Position numbers and translations under genes: made by a program. Of a DNA stretch of 64,000 nucleotides, positions 19,258-28,004 are shown one piece after another. The notes below the pieces were generated by a model, which did no database searches, was not told the DNA's origin, and saw nothing but the letters and a program-made list of their open reading frames with translations. The DNA comes from an uncultured Gammaproteobacteria bacterium (GTDB lineage Bacteria > Pseudomonadota > Gammaproteobacteria > Steroidobacterales > Steroidobacteraceae), in NCBI GenBank assembly GCA_963800385.1, contig CAWDAU010000009.1, forward strand, positions 721,264 to 785,263. Reading direction: 5' to 3'. Numbering within the stretch: position 1 is the stretch's first letter; every line of letters begins with the position of its first letter.

Positions 19258-19884
19258 TTAGCTGGATTGGCGGCGATCGCCCGCCGCCAGCCGTGAGGCG
19301 ATGCGCGCCACGTGTTCGCCCTGATAGCGGCACATCTCGAGCTCCAACTTCGTGGGCATGCGCGACTCGCTGCCGGCTCCGGTCACGCAGCTTGCGCCGT
19401 AGGGTGTGCCGCCGGTGATTTCGCGCATCGTCGCAAGATCCTTGAAGGTGTAGGGCAGGCCGACGATGATCATGCCGTGATGGAGCAACGTGCTGTGAAA
19501 CGAGGTGATCGTGGTCTCCTGGCCGCCGTGCTGACTCGCGGTGCTGCAAAAAACACTGCCGACTTTGCCGACCAGGGCGCCGCGGCCCCAGAGCGGCCCG
19601 GTCTGATCCAGGAAATTGCGCATCTGCGCAGCCATGTTTCCAAAACGCGTCGGCGTACCAAAAATGAGCGCATCGTATTGCTCGAGCTCCTCGGGACCAG
19701 CGAGCGGTGCGGCCTGATCGAGCTTGAATCCCGACGCCTTCGCGACATCGATCGGGCACAACTCCGGCACCCGCTTCACCATGACCTGCACGTCCGCCAC
19801 CCGCGCCGCGCCCTCCGCCTGCGCGTAGGACATCGCCTCGATATGGCCGTAGCTGCTGTAGTAAACAACCAGAATCTTAGGCAT
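19258..19884 (-). CDS. wrbA: NAD(P)H:quinone oxidoreductase, WrbA type flavodoxin-like
   Basis: [18 protein letters not shown]..., [14 protein letters not shown] and GGQETT are hallmark WrbA segments. Confidence 0.85.
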   Translation of the reverse strand: MPKILVVYYSSYGHIEAMSYAQAEGAARVADVQVMVKRVPELCPIDVAKASGFKLDQAAPLAGPEELEQYDALIFGTPTRFGNMAAQMRNFLDQTGPLWGRGALVGKVGSVFCSTASQHGGQETTITSFHSTLLHHGMIIVGLPYTFKDLATMREITGGTPYGASCVTGAGSESRMPTKLELEMCRYQGEHVARIASRLAAGDRRQSS

Positions 19885-19971
19885 GGCCGGCTCCCGTGTT
19901 CGCATAGCGAAATATTTTTCGCTTTCAGGCTACGTCTTGCCCGCGATAGCGTCAAGCCGCGTGCGGATTTT

Positions 19972-20781
19972 TCAGGTTTGCGCGCTCAAGGAGAGCCAGG
20001 GAACGACTGCCAGATCGCTCGAAATCTGCCGGCTGACCTGCTGCAGCATGGCGAGACGCTCGCGGATCAACTTGGTCTTGGTGGTGCGGCGTGAGTGGCT
20101 CGACGAATTGAGCGCGGCGACCACGCGCCCCTTTTGATCGAATACCGGCACGGCGAGCGCAATCACGCCGTATGCCAGTTCGTCCTCGACCGCCGAGTAT
20201 CCGCAGCGCCGGCACTCTTCGATCAGTGCGCGCAGCTTCGAAGGATCCGTCACGGTGCGTTCGGTCAGCGCTTCGAGATTGGCATTCTCGAAGTAGCGCT
20301 GCAGCCGCTCGCTGCTGACGCCGGCCAGCAACACGCGCCCGGTCGAAGTCGCATGCGCGGGAAAGCGGCTGCCCACGTGCGCTTCCAGCCGCAGCAAAGT
20401 GCGCACGGAGGTGCGCGCAACATAGACGATTTCCACGCCGTCCAACACGCAGAGCGCGGCGGAGTCCGAGGTGTTGCGGGCAAGTTCCTCCAGATGGTTC
20501 TTGGTGATCTGCTCGATGTTCATCGACTCGAGGTAGGCGGCGCCGAGTTCGAGCACCTTCGGTCGCAGCAGAAAATCGCGGCCGCTGCGCGTGAGGTAGC
20601 CCAATTCCTCGAGCGTGAGCAGACAGCGGCGCGCGGTCGCCGCGGGAATGCGCGCGCTGCGCGCGATCTCGCTGAGGTTCAACGCCGCGTGATCGCGGGA
20701 AAAGGCACGGATCACCGCCAGACCCTTGGCGAGTCCTCCCATGGCCTCGCGGCGCGGCGGCGTGGTTTTGCGGGGCGGCAC
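19972..20781 (-). CDS. IclR-family transcriptional regulator (PcaR/PobR-like)
   Basis: wHTH segment GLAVIRAFSRDHAALNLSEIARSARIPAATARRCLLTLEELGYL plus a C-terminal IclR effector domain. GTG start; alternative ATG at 20742. Confidence 0.85.
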   Translation of the reverse strand: MPPRKTTPPRREAMGGLAKGLAVIRAFSRDHAALNLSEIARSARIPAATARRCLLTLEELGYLTRSGRDFLLRPKVLELGAAYLESMNIEQITKNHLEELARNTSDSAALCVLDGVEIVYVARTSVRTLLRLEAHVGSRFPAHATSTGRVLLAGVSSERLQRYFENANLEALTERTVTDPSKLRALIEECRRCGYSAVEDELAYGVIALAVPVFDQKGRVVAALNSSSHSRRTTKTKLIRERLAMLQQVSRQISSDLAVVPWLSLSAQT

Positions 20782-20792
20782 CCCTTCAGTCT

Positions 20793-20809
20793 ATTTCGAT
20801 ATCCGAAAT
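20793..20809. promoter_or_regulatory. candidate IclR operator box 1 (ATTTCG-N5-CGAAAT)
   Basis: Inverted repeat atttcgatatccgaaat, immediately upstream of the IclR gene in the divergent intergenic region. Confidence 0.5.
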
Positions 20810-20865
20810 CCTGAAAGGGCTCGCCGGAGTTCGCTTGACGATTGCTCGCGGCAGAGTTCAGTATG

Positions 20866-20901
20866 GTTTCGTATATCGACGTCATTTTCGCTATACGAAA
20901 A
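20866..20901. promoter_or_regulatory. candidate IclR operator boxes 2 and 3 (TTTCG-N5-CGA..)
   Basis: gtttcgtatatcgac (20866-20880, half-degenerate) and the perfect dyad ttttcgctatacgaaaa (20885-20901), just upstream of the operon start at 20920. A TTGACG hexamer lies at 20835-20840. Confidence 0.5.
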
Positions 20902-20919
20902 TAATACCGGGGGAAATGC

Positions 20920-21732
20920 TTGAAGATCGGACCTCAGGACCGCCGCAGCTCGGCCTTATCGGCCTCAAACGAGGAGACCATCGTGGTCCGCGGCCGCGAT
21001 CTGGCGCGCGATCTCATCGGTTCGCTGAGCTTCACCGAACATTTCTGGCTGCTCGTCACCGGCGCGATGCCTTCCGCCGCGCAGTGCCGGGTGCTCGATG
21101 CCACGCTGGTCGCCATCGCCGAGCACGGCATGGTGCCGAGCGTGCAGGCAGCGCGAATGACCTTCGCCGCCGCCCCCGAAGCACTGCAGGGCGCGGTGGC
21201 TGCAGGAATTCTGGGATGCGGATCGGTGATTCTTGGGTCGTCCGAGGCGGCAGGCCAATTCTTTGCAGCGATCGCCCAACGCGCCGATGGCGGCGTCAGC
21301 GTCGCCGACGCGGCGCGAACGATCATCCTCGAGTACCGCGGCGCAAAGCGTGCCATCCCGGGATTCGGACATCCTCTGCACAAGCAAGTGGACCCGCGCG
21401 TTCAGCGCTTATTCGAAATCGCCGGCGAGGCCTTCGGCTCGGGCCGGCACGTGGCGATCGCGCGCGAGGTGGAAACTTTGCTTCCGGACCTGGTCGGCAA
21501 GCGGCTCGCATTGAACGTGTCGGGAGCGATTCCCGCGGTGCTGCTCGATGCCGGATACCCGCTCGGGGCGCTCAAGGGGGTTCCGCTCTTGGCGCGGACC
21601 GCCGGGTTGATCGCGCATCTTCTCGAGGAACAGCAACGGCCCATCGGTTTCGTCATGTCGCACGCCGCCGCGCAATCGGTCCATTACGACGGTGAGGTGC
21701 CGCCGGGATTCGAACCGAGCGAGGACACCTGA
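20920..21732 (+). CDS. citrate-synthase-fold protein (citryl-CoA lyase-like)
   Basis: GFGHPLHK..DPR signature of the citrate synthase/citryl-CoA lyase small-domain family. TTG start preceded by GGGGGA. Confidence 0.7.
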   Translation: MKIGPQDRRSSALSASNEETIVVRGRDLARDLIGSLSFTEHFWLLVTGAMPSAAQCRVLDATLVAIAEHGMVPSVQAARMTFAAAPEALQGAVAAGILGCGSVILGSSEAAGQFFAAIAQRADGGVSVADAARTIILEYRGAKRAIPGFGHPLHKQVDPRVQRLFEIAGEAFGSGRHVAIAREVETLLPDLVGKRLALNVSGAIPAVLLDAGYPLGALKGVPLLARTAGLIAHLLEEQQRPIGFVMSHAAAQSVHYDGEVPPGFEPSEDT

Positions 21733-21739
21733 GACCGAT

Positions 21740-22918
21740 ATGCCCACGCAACCCACATTGGCAGGCATCCGCGTCTTGGAGCAGGGAACGTTCATCACCG
21801 GGCCCTGTGCCGGGATGATGCTGGCCGATCTGGGCGCCGATGTGATCAAAATAGAAAGTCCCGAAGGCGATCCGTACCGGGCTTATCAGGGCGCCCAGTA
21901 TTCCCCGCATTTCCAGGCCTACAACCGCAACAAGCGCAGTTTCGCGCTGGACATGAAGTTGCAGGGCGACCGTGCGCTGTTCGAGCGGCTCGCCGCCGAA
22001 GCGGATGTCTACATACAAAACTTCCGGCCCGGGACGGCAGAGCGGCTGGGCGCGGGGGTGGCGCGTCTGCAGGGTTTGAATCCACGCCTCGTGTACTGCT
22101 CGATCAGCGGCTTTGGGTCGAGCGGCCCCTATGCGGATCGCCCGAGCTACGATTCCGTGGCGCAGGCCTTGAGCGGCTTTTTGAGCGTGGTCGTCGATAA
22201 CCGGCGGCCGCAGTTCTTGGGTCCTGCGCTGGCCGACGCGATCACCGGCATGTACGCCTCGCAGGCCGTGCTGGCAGCCCTGGTGCAGCGCGGCCGCACC
22301 GGGCGCGGTTCGCATGTGGAAATCTCGATGCTGGAAGCAATGGCGCATTTTGCCATTGAGCCGTTCGCCGCGTTTTTCGCATTGGGCGAAACGCCCACCT
22401 CGGCGGACCGGCCGCGGCTTGCACAGGCCTACATCCTGCGCACTGCGGACGGCCGCCTCATCGCGATCCACCTCTCTTCGCTGGAAAAGTTCTGGCAAGG
22501 TTTGGTCGCGGCGCTGGATGCCCCCGAACTCAAAGAGGATCCGAGATTCAATCCGCGCGCGCGCCGCATCGCCGAGTACGAAACACTGCGGGCCGAACTC
22601 GATAGGCGTTTCGCGCGCCAGCCGCTCGAACACTGGGTGCGGCGCTTGCAGGCGGAAGATGTTCCCTACGCGCCGGTGAACCTCATCGACGATGTCGTGC
22701 GCGATCCGCAGGTCGAGCATTTGGGCATCGTGGTGCCGATTGAAGCGCCGCACACCGCGACGCGCGCGGTGCGTCCCGCCGCGCAGTTCGACGGGTTGCG
22801 CGCCCGCACCGTGAGCGCGGCTCCGCTGCTGAATCAAGATGGCGATTCGATTCGCGCCGCGCTCGAGGCCGGGATCGCCTGGCCGGAATCTCCGCGGCGC
22901 GCGGCAGGAGAAAATTGA
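21740..22918 (+). CDS. family III CoA-transferase (CaiB/BaiF)
   Basis: LAGIRVLEQGTFITGPCAGMMLADLGADVIKIESPEGDPYR is the canonical N-terminus of the family. Start is the ATG at 21740. Confidence 0.85.
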   Translation: MPTQPTLAGIRVLEQGTFITGPCAGMMLADLGADVIKIESPEGDPYRAYQGAQYSPHFQAYNRNKRSFALDMKLQGDRALFERLAAEADVYIQNFRPGTAERLGAGVARLQGLNPRLVYCSISGFGSSGPYADRPSYDSVAQALSGFLSVVVDNRRPQFLGPALADAITGMYASQAVLAALVQRGRTGRGSHVEISMLEAMAHFAIEPFAAFFALGETPTSADRPRLAQAYILRTADGRLIAIHLSSLEKFWQGLVAALDAPELKEDPRFNPRARRIAEYETLRAELDRRFARQPLEHWVRRLQAEDVPYAPVNLIDDVVRDPQVEHLGIVVPIEAPHTATRAVRPAAQFDGLRARTVSAAPLLNQDGDSIRAALEAGIAWPESPRRAAGEN

Positions 22919-23955
22919 TGCTGCTGCCAACGACGCTGGTCGGCAGCTATCCGCAACCGGAGTGGTTGATCGACCGCCAGCGCCTCGCCGGCCGTTTTCC
23001 GCCCAGGGTGCGTGCCCGCGAGCTGTGGCGAATCCCCGAGCCGTATCTGGCCGAGGCTCAGGACGATGCGACGCTCATGGCCATCAAGGCCCAGGAGGAA
23101 GCCGGTCTCGACATCATTTCCGACGGAGAAATTCGCCGCGAAAGCTATTCGAACCGCTTTGCAACGGCGCTCGAAGGGGTCGACCTCGATAATCCGGGCA
23201 CCGCACTCGATCGAAGCGGGCACCCCAATCCCGTTCCCCGCGTGGTCGGCAACATCCGCAGACGTCACGCGGTTGGCGTCAGGGATCTGCAGTTCCTGCG
23301 CCGCCATACCCATCGGCTGGTGAAAGTGACGGTGCCGGGTCCGTTCACGATGGCGCAGCAGGCGCAGATCGATCATTACGGCGGCAGCCGCGAACTCGCC
23401 GCGATGGATTACGCGGCGGCTTTGAACGCGGAGATTCGCGATCTATTCGCTGCCGGCGCGGACGTCGTGCAAATCGACGAGCCCTATATGCAAGCCCGGC
23501 CCGATGAGGCGCGCGCGTTCGGCTTGACGGCGCTCAATCATGCGCTGGAAAACGTCGTCGGTACCACGGCGGTGCACATCTGTTTCGGCTACGCGGCCAT
23601 CATACATGCCCGCCCCTCCGGCTATTCCTTTCTGCCGGAACTGGCGCAATGCCGTTGCGCCCAGGTGTCGATCGAAACCGCACAGTCGAGCTTGGACTGT
23701 GCCGTGCTCAGGCAGTTGCCCGGCAAGAAGATCATCTTGGGCGTCATCGATCTCTCCGATCCGGCCGTCGAGTCCCCGCAAGTCGTGGCCGATCGAATTC
23801 GCCGCGCGCTGCCCTTCGTGGATCCAAAGAATTTGTTGATCGCGCCGGATTGCGGCATGAAGTATCTGCCGCGCGAGACGGCGTTCGGCAAGCTGCAAGC
23901 GATGGTCGCCGGCGCACAAATGGTGCGCACACAACTGGAAGCCGGAAAAGGCTGA
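22918..23955 (+). CDS. cobalamin-independent methionine synthase (MetE C-terminal domain)-like protein
   Basis: MLLPTTLVGSYPQPEWL..., IDEP and HICFGY segments. AGGAG lies 7 nt upstream. The ATG overlaps the preceding TGA (TGATG). Confidence 0.75.
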   Translation: MLLPTTLVGSYPQPEWLIDRQRLAGRFPPRVRARELWRIPEPYLAEAQDDATLMAIKAQEEAGLDIISDGEIRRESYSNRFATALEGVDLDNPGTALDRSGHPNPVPRVVGNIRRRHAVGVRDLQFLRRHTHRLVKVTVPGPFTMAQQAQIDHYGGSRELAAMDYAAALNAEIRDLFAAGADVVQIDEPYMQARPDEARAFGLTALNHALENVVGTTAVHICFGYAAIIHARPSGYSFLPELAQCRCAQVSIETAQSSLDCAVLRQLPGKKIILGVIDLSDPAVESPQVVADRIRRALPFVDPKNLLIAPDCGMKYLPRETAFGKLQAMVAGAQMVRTQLEAGKG

Positions 23956-23991
23956 GGCTCGAGCCTTTAATAACGAAGAGGGGGATCTCAC

Positions 23992-26286
23992 ATGTTCATC
24001 ATCATGCGCCGAATTCTGTCAATTGCGGCGGCCGCGTTCGCCATCGTTGCGCTTGCCGAACCCGTCTTGGCTCAAAACGCAGCGCCGCCGGCTGCAGCAG
24101 CCGCGCCGGCGCTCGAAGAGATCGTGGTCACGGCGCGCAAGCGCAACGAGAATTTTCAGGACGTGCCGGTCACCATGGATGTGTTCACCTCGCAGGAAAT
24201 TGCCGCGGCCGGAATCGAAACACCCCGCGACTTCATTGCGATGGTGCCGAACATGACCCTGGTCGAGACGCAAAACATCGGCAATTCCTTCATCACGATC
24301 CGCGGCATCTCGCAGGCGCGCAACAGCGAGCCGTCGGTCGCGGTGCTGGTCGATGGCGTCCTGGAGACCAATCCGTACGAGTTCACCCAGGGACTCTACG
24401 ATATTCAGCAAATCGAAGTGCTGAAGGGGCCGCAGGGGGCGCTGTATGGACGCGATGCGATCGGCGGGGCCATCATCATTCGCACCGCGGACCCGTCGGA
24501 TCACTTCGAAGCGAGCACGCGGCTCGGAGTGGGCAATGGGCCGTCGGAGAAGGCCGGTCTCAACTTGAGCGGACCGCTCGACTCGGCCGGGACATTGAAA
24601 TACCGCGCTTCGTTCAACGCCTACAACACCGACGGTTATCTGGAAAATGTCTATCTCGGCCGCAAGGCCGACCCCTACCGGGACTACTCGGGCCGGCTGC
24701 GGCTGTTGTGGACGCCGGCCGACAATTTCAGCGCCGACCTTAGGTTCATGTACGACAAGGCGGAAACCACGGCGTACTACTTCATCATTCCGCGCAGCGC
24801 CGAGTCCAATCCGTTCAGCGATTTCAGCACGCCCGGCAATGCCAACGATACCGCCTCGCCGATCCAGAACAACAACCTGGGCAGCGATAAGCGCGACATC
24901 CTGGATGTCGCGCTCAAGCTCGACTACAACTTGGCGTACGGAACCCTTACCTCGATCACCGACTTCAACCACACCCAAGAGATCGACACGGGCGACGCCT
25001 ACGACTTCCGGCCCGTGACGACCTCCGTGGAATACGCGCTCACCTCGTTTGCCGGCCCCATTCCGACCCCTGCGCAGGGCGGCCCGTTCGACGAGGGTCA
25101 GAGCCAATTCATCGACGTCAGGACGACCAGCCAGGAGCTGCGCTTCACCTCGCCCGTGGTGAACGGCTTCTCCTGGATCGCGGGCGCGTACTTCGTCCAC
25201 ACCAATCGATTCATCTCGACGGGGAATCTGGCGGATCGGGGCGACGGAGTTCCGGCGGTCTTCTATACGCCGATCGTCGATCCGAGCAATCCGTACGCCA
25301 CCAATACCAACCAGACCTTCCTCGCTGACAGCCAGGACAACAACGCCTGGGCGATATTCGGCGACGCCACCTACGAATTCAACACCCAGTGGGAACTCGA
25401 TGTGGCATTGCGCTATGACCAAGATAACCGGGAGAACACCACCCTGACGCCGACCGAGTTCCTGCCGACCACCACGGCCTTTACGGGCGAAGTGCGCAAA
25501 GCGACCTTCAGCGCGACTCAGCCCAAGGGCACTCTGCGCTTCAAACCCAACGATGACTGGACATTCTACGGCGGCTGGAGCCGCGGATTTCGCAGCGGCG
25601 GCTTCAACCAAACCGGCGTCGGGGACGTGGCGCGCGCGAATGCCGTCCTCGGCGTCAACGATCTGTTCCAAGCCGAAATTGCCGACACCTACGAGGTGGG
25701 ATTCAAAAGTCAGTTCCTGGATCGCCGGCTGACCTGGGACATGGATGTTTTCCATACTCAATCCAAGAACGGCTACTTCTTTGTCTACATCGCCGCGGAC
25801 TCGACCCAAAACCTGGGCAATCTCAGCGCGACCTACAAAGGTTTGGAATCCTCCATCACCGCTCATCCGACTGATCGGCTCGACTTGTATGCCGGCGTCG
25901 GCTTCACCGACAGCCGGATCACAGCCATGGCCGATCCAACGGTCATCGGCAACCAGGCTCCGCTCGTGTCGCGCAATACGGTCAATGCCGGAGCTCAGTA
26001 CAAGCAACCCCTGGGCGACGGCCTGCTCGGTACGGTGCGGCTGGACTACAACGAAATCGGACGTACCTGGTGGGAGCCGTACAACATCACCTCGCGCGAT
26101 CCGGTTTCGTTGGTGGATTTGCGCATGGGGCTGCAGGCCAAGAACTGGACAGTCACCGCGTGGTCCAAGAATCTGACCAATAAGATCTATAACGCCGAGT
26201 TTTCGCCCGGGAACGTCGGCGGCGCGGGATTTTTGTGGCGGGCATTGCCGCGGCGCTACGGCGTCGATCTCGACTACAAGTTTTGA
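23992..26286 (+). CDS. TonB-dependent receptor
   Basis: Signal peptide, then plug domain (EEIVVTARKR..., VEVLKGPQGALYGRDAIGGAI), a beta-barrel, and a C-terminal ...YGVDLDYKF. Confidence 0.9.
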   Translation: MFIIMRRILSIAAAAFAIVALAEPVLAQNAAPPAAAAAPALEEIVVTARKRNENFQDVPVTMDVFTSQEIAAAGIETPRDFIAMVPNMTLVETQNIGNSFITIRGISQARNSEPSVAVLVDGVLETNPYEFTQGLYDIQQIEVLKGPQGALYGRDAIGGAIIIRTADPSDHFEASTRLGVGNGPSEKAGLNLSGPLDSAGTLKYRASFNAYNTDGYLENVYLGRKADPYRDYSGRLRLLWTPADNFSADLRFMYDKAETTAYYFIIPRSAESNPFSDFSTPGNANDTASPIQNNNLGSDKRDILDVALKLDYNLAYGTLTSITDFNHTQEIDTGDAYDFRPVTTSVEYALTSFAGPIPTPAQGGPFDEGQSQFIDVRTTSQELRFTSPVVNGFSWIAGAYFVHTNRFISTGNLADRGDGVPAVFYTPIVDPSNPYATNTNQTFLADSQDNNAWAIFGDATYEFNTQWELDVALRYDQDNRENTTLTPTEFLPTTTAFTGEVRKATFSATQPKGTLRFKPNDDWTFYGGWSRGFRSGGFNQTGVGDVARANAVLGVNDLFQAEIADTYEVGFKSQFLDRRLTWDMDVFHTQSKNGYFFVYIAADSTQNLGNLSATYKGLESSITAHPTDRLDLYAGVGFTDSRITAMADPTVIGNQAPLVSRNTVNAGAQYKQPLGDGLLGTVRLDYNEIGRTWWEPYNITSRDPVSLVDLRMGLQAKNWTVTAWSKNLTNKIYNAEFSPGNVGGAGFLWRALPRRYGVDLDYKF

Positions 26287-26300
26287 CTCGGAGGTGACCC

Positions 26301-26837
26301 ATGGCTGACACAACGAAGTTGCCCTCCCGGCTGCATCACACCGCCTATGTCACGCGTGACCTGGAGGCGACGCGCAAGTTCTACGAGGAGTTGATCGGTC
26401 TGCCGCTGGTGGCAACCTGGTGCGAAGTCGATGAGCTGTTCGGCGCCGAACGCGTGTACTGTCACTTGTTCTTTGGCTTGGGAGACGGCGGCGCCCTCGC
26501 CTTCTTCAAGTTTGCCAAGCCGGAGGATGAGCAACTCTTCGGGCCGAAAATGCCCGCCTCTCCCTTCCACCACATCGCCCTCAATGTCGATAAGGAGACA
26601 CAACAGGGAATCGAGGAGCGTCTCGCCGCGGCCGGCTACAAGGAACCGCAAACCTTCGTTCTGGAGCACGGCTACTGCCGCTCGGTGTACGTCACCGATC
26701 CCAATGGGTTGATCCTGGAGTTCACGCTCGACAGTCCGCAGGCTCAAGAAATCAACCGCGTTCGACTCAAGCAGGCACACGCCGACTTGAAGCGCTGGAT
26801 GGCGGGGGACCACACCTCCAACAATACCTATCGCTAG
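26301..26837 (+). CDS. VOC (glyoxalase/bleomycin-resistance/dioxygenase) family protein
   Basis: LHHTAYVTRDLEATRKFYEELIGL and FHHIAL, paired beta-alpha-beta-beta-beta modules. Confidence 0.8.
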   Translation: MADTTKLPSRLHHTAYVTRDLEATRKFYEELIGLPLVATWCEVDELFGAERVYCHLFFGLGDGGALAFFKFAKPEDEQLFGPKMPASPFHHIALNVDKETQQGIEERLAAAGYKEPQTFVLEHGYCRSVYVTDPNGLILEFTLDSPQAQEINRVRLKQAHADLKRWMAGDHTSNNTYR

Positions 26838-26852
26838 CGGCGCCGGCGCTTC

Positions 26853-28004
26853 ATGAAGCACAGCAGCGAGCGAATCTTGACCACGCACGTCGGCAGCCTG
26901 CCGCGCAGCCAGGCGGTGACCGATGTGCTGTTCGCGCGCGAACGCAACGAGGTCAGCGACACCCGGGCCGCCGCCGAAGTAATTACCGGTGCCGTCGCCG
27001 AGGTGGTGCGAAGGCAGGTTGCGGTCGGCGTCGATGTGGTCAGCGACGGCGAGATGAGCAAGATCAGCTATGCCACTTACATCGCCGAGCGCTTGTCCGG
27101 ATTTGGCGGCGATACGCCGCGCGAGCCGGGCCAGGATCTGGTGGAGTTCCCTGGACTGCTGAAGAAACTGGCGGATCGCGGTTCCACCGCCAAGTACCGG
27201 CGGCCGCGCTGCATCGGCGAAATTCGCGTCAAAAATCTCGCGCCCTTGACCGAGGATCTGCAGAACTTCCGCGCGGCGATAACGGCGGCCGCGCCCACGG
27301 AAGGCTTCATGAATGCGGCCTCACCGGGGGTCGTGGCGCTCTTTCAACCGAACGACTTCTATTCCTCCCAAGACGACTATCTAAGCGCGCTCGCCGAAGC
27401 GCTGCGCGTCGAGTACGAGGCGATCGTGAACGCGGGAATCATCCTGCAGATCGACGCGCCGGACCTTGCGATGGGTCGCCACACGATGTACCGCGAACGC
27501 TCGGCCGAGGAGTTCGCCGGCCTCGCGGCGCGGCACATCGAAGTCTTGAACCACGCCTTGAGAAATGTGCCGGCGGACCGTGTCAGGATGCATGTGTGCT
27601 GGGGCAATTACGAAGGTCCGCACCACCACGATGTGCCCATGGAACTCCTGCTGCCCATCGTGCTCAAGGCGAAACCGCAGGGATTGCTGTTCGAGGCCGC
27701 GAATCCGCGCCACGCGCATGAATGGACGGTGTTCGAAAGCGCCCCGGTACCGGACGACAAGATATTGATCCCGGGTTTCTTGGCGACCACGACCAACTAC
27801 ATCGAGCATCCTCTTTTGGTCGCGGAGCGCATCGAGCGCTTCGCGCACATCGTCGGACGCGAGCGCGTCATGGCGGGAACCGACTGCGGCTTCGGCACCT
27901 TTGCCGGATTCGGCCCGGTCGAGCCCGATATCGCCTACTTGAAGCTGCAATCCCTGGCTCAGGGGGCGCAAATCGCCTCCCGCCGCCTGTGGCGTCAGCG
28001 ATGA
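26853..28004 (+). CDS. cobalamin-independent methionine synthase II family protein (second MetE-like paralog)
   Basis: ILTTHVGSLPR..., QIDAPDLA and HVCWGNYEGPHH segments typical of MetE-like Zn alkyltransferases. Confidence 0.75.
   Translation: MKHSSERILTTHVGSLPRSQAVTDVLFARERNEVSDTRAAAEVITGAVAEVVRRQVAVGVDVVSDGEMSKISYATYIAERLSGFGGDTPREPGQDLVEFPGLLKKLADRGSTAKYRRPRCIGEIRVKNLAPLTEDLQNFRAAITAAAPTEGFMNAASPGVVALFQPNDFYSSQDDYLSALAEALRVEYEAIVNAGIILQIDAPDLAMGRHTMYRERSAEEFAGLAARHIEVLNHALRNVPADRVRMHVCWGNYEGPHHHDVPMELLLPIVLKAKPQGLLFEAANPRHAHEWTVFESAPVPDDKILIPGFLATTTNYIEHPLLVAERIERFAHIVGRERVMAGTDCGFGTFAGFGPVEPDIAYLKLQSLAQGAQIASRRLWRQR

Noticed and set aside
21695-21735. gggattcgaaccg, resembling the reverse complement of a tRNA T-arm (GGTTCGAATCC)
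   Set aside because: The flanking bases do not form a T-stem or an acceptor stem. The sequence lies inside the coding frame of the citryl-CoA-lyase-like gene (..PPGFEPSEDT).
21653-22930. 425-aa minus-strand ORF
   Set aside because: It is antisense to the family III CoA-transferase gene, which has a textbook N-terminal motif. It is a shadow ORF.
24019-26313. 764-aa minus-strand ORF, exactly the same length as the TonB-dependent receptor ORF on the plus strand
   Set aside because: It is an antisense shadow ORF of a high-GC gene. Its translation is Arg/Gly/Ala-rich with no motifs, whereas the plus-strand product has a signal peptide, plug and barrel motifs and a terminal aromatic residue.
27722-28000. 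N-terminal 93-aa extension of the methyltransferase-like ORF, together with similar extensions at 6570-6770, 5042-5176, 15548-15730 and 21692-21739
   Set aside because: These extensions overlap the 3' ends of well-supported upstream genes in another frame and are Arg/Gly-rich. In three cases (28001, 6771, 5177) the internal ATG forms an ATGA overlap with the upstream gene's stop; at 15731 the ATG overlaps the stop of the low-confidence micro-ORF, and at 21740 it lies 7 nt downstream of the upstream stop. These ATGs were taken as the starts.
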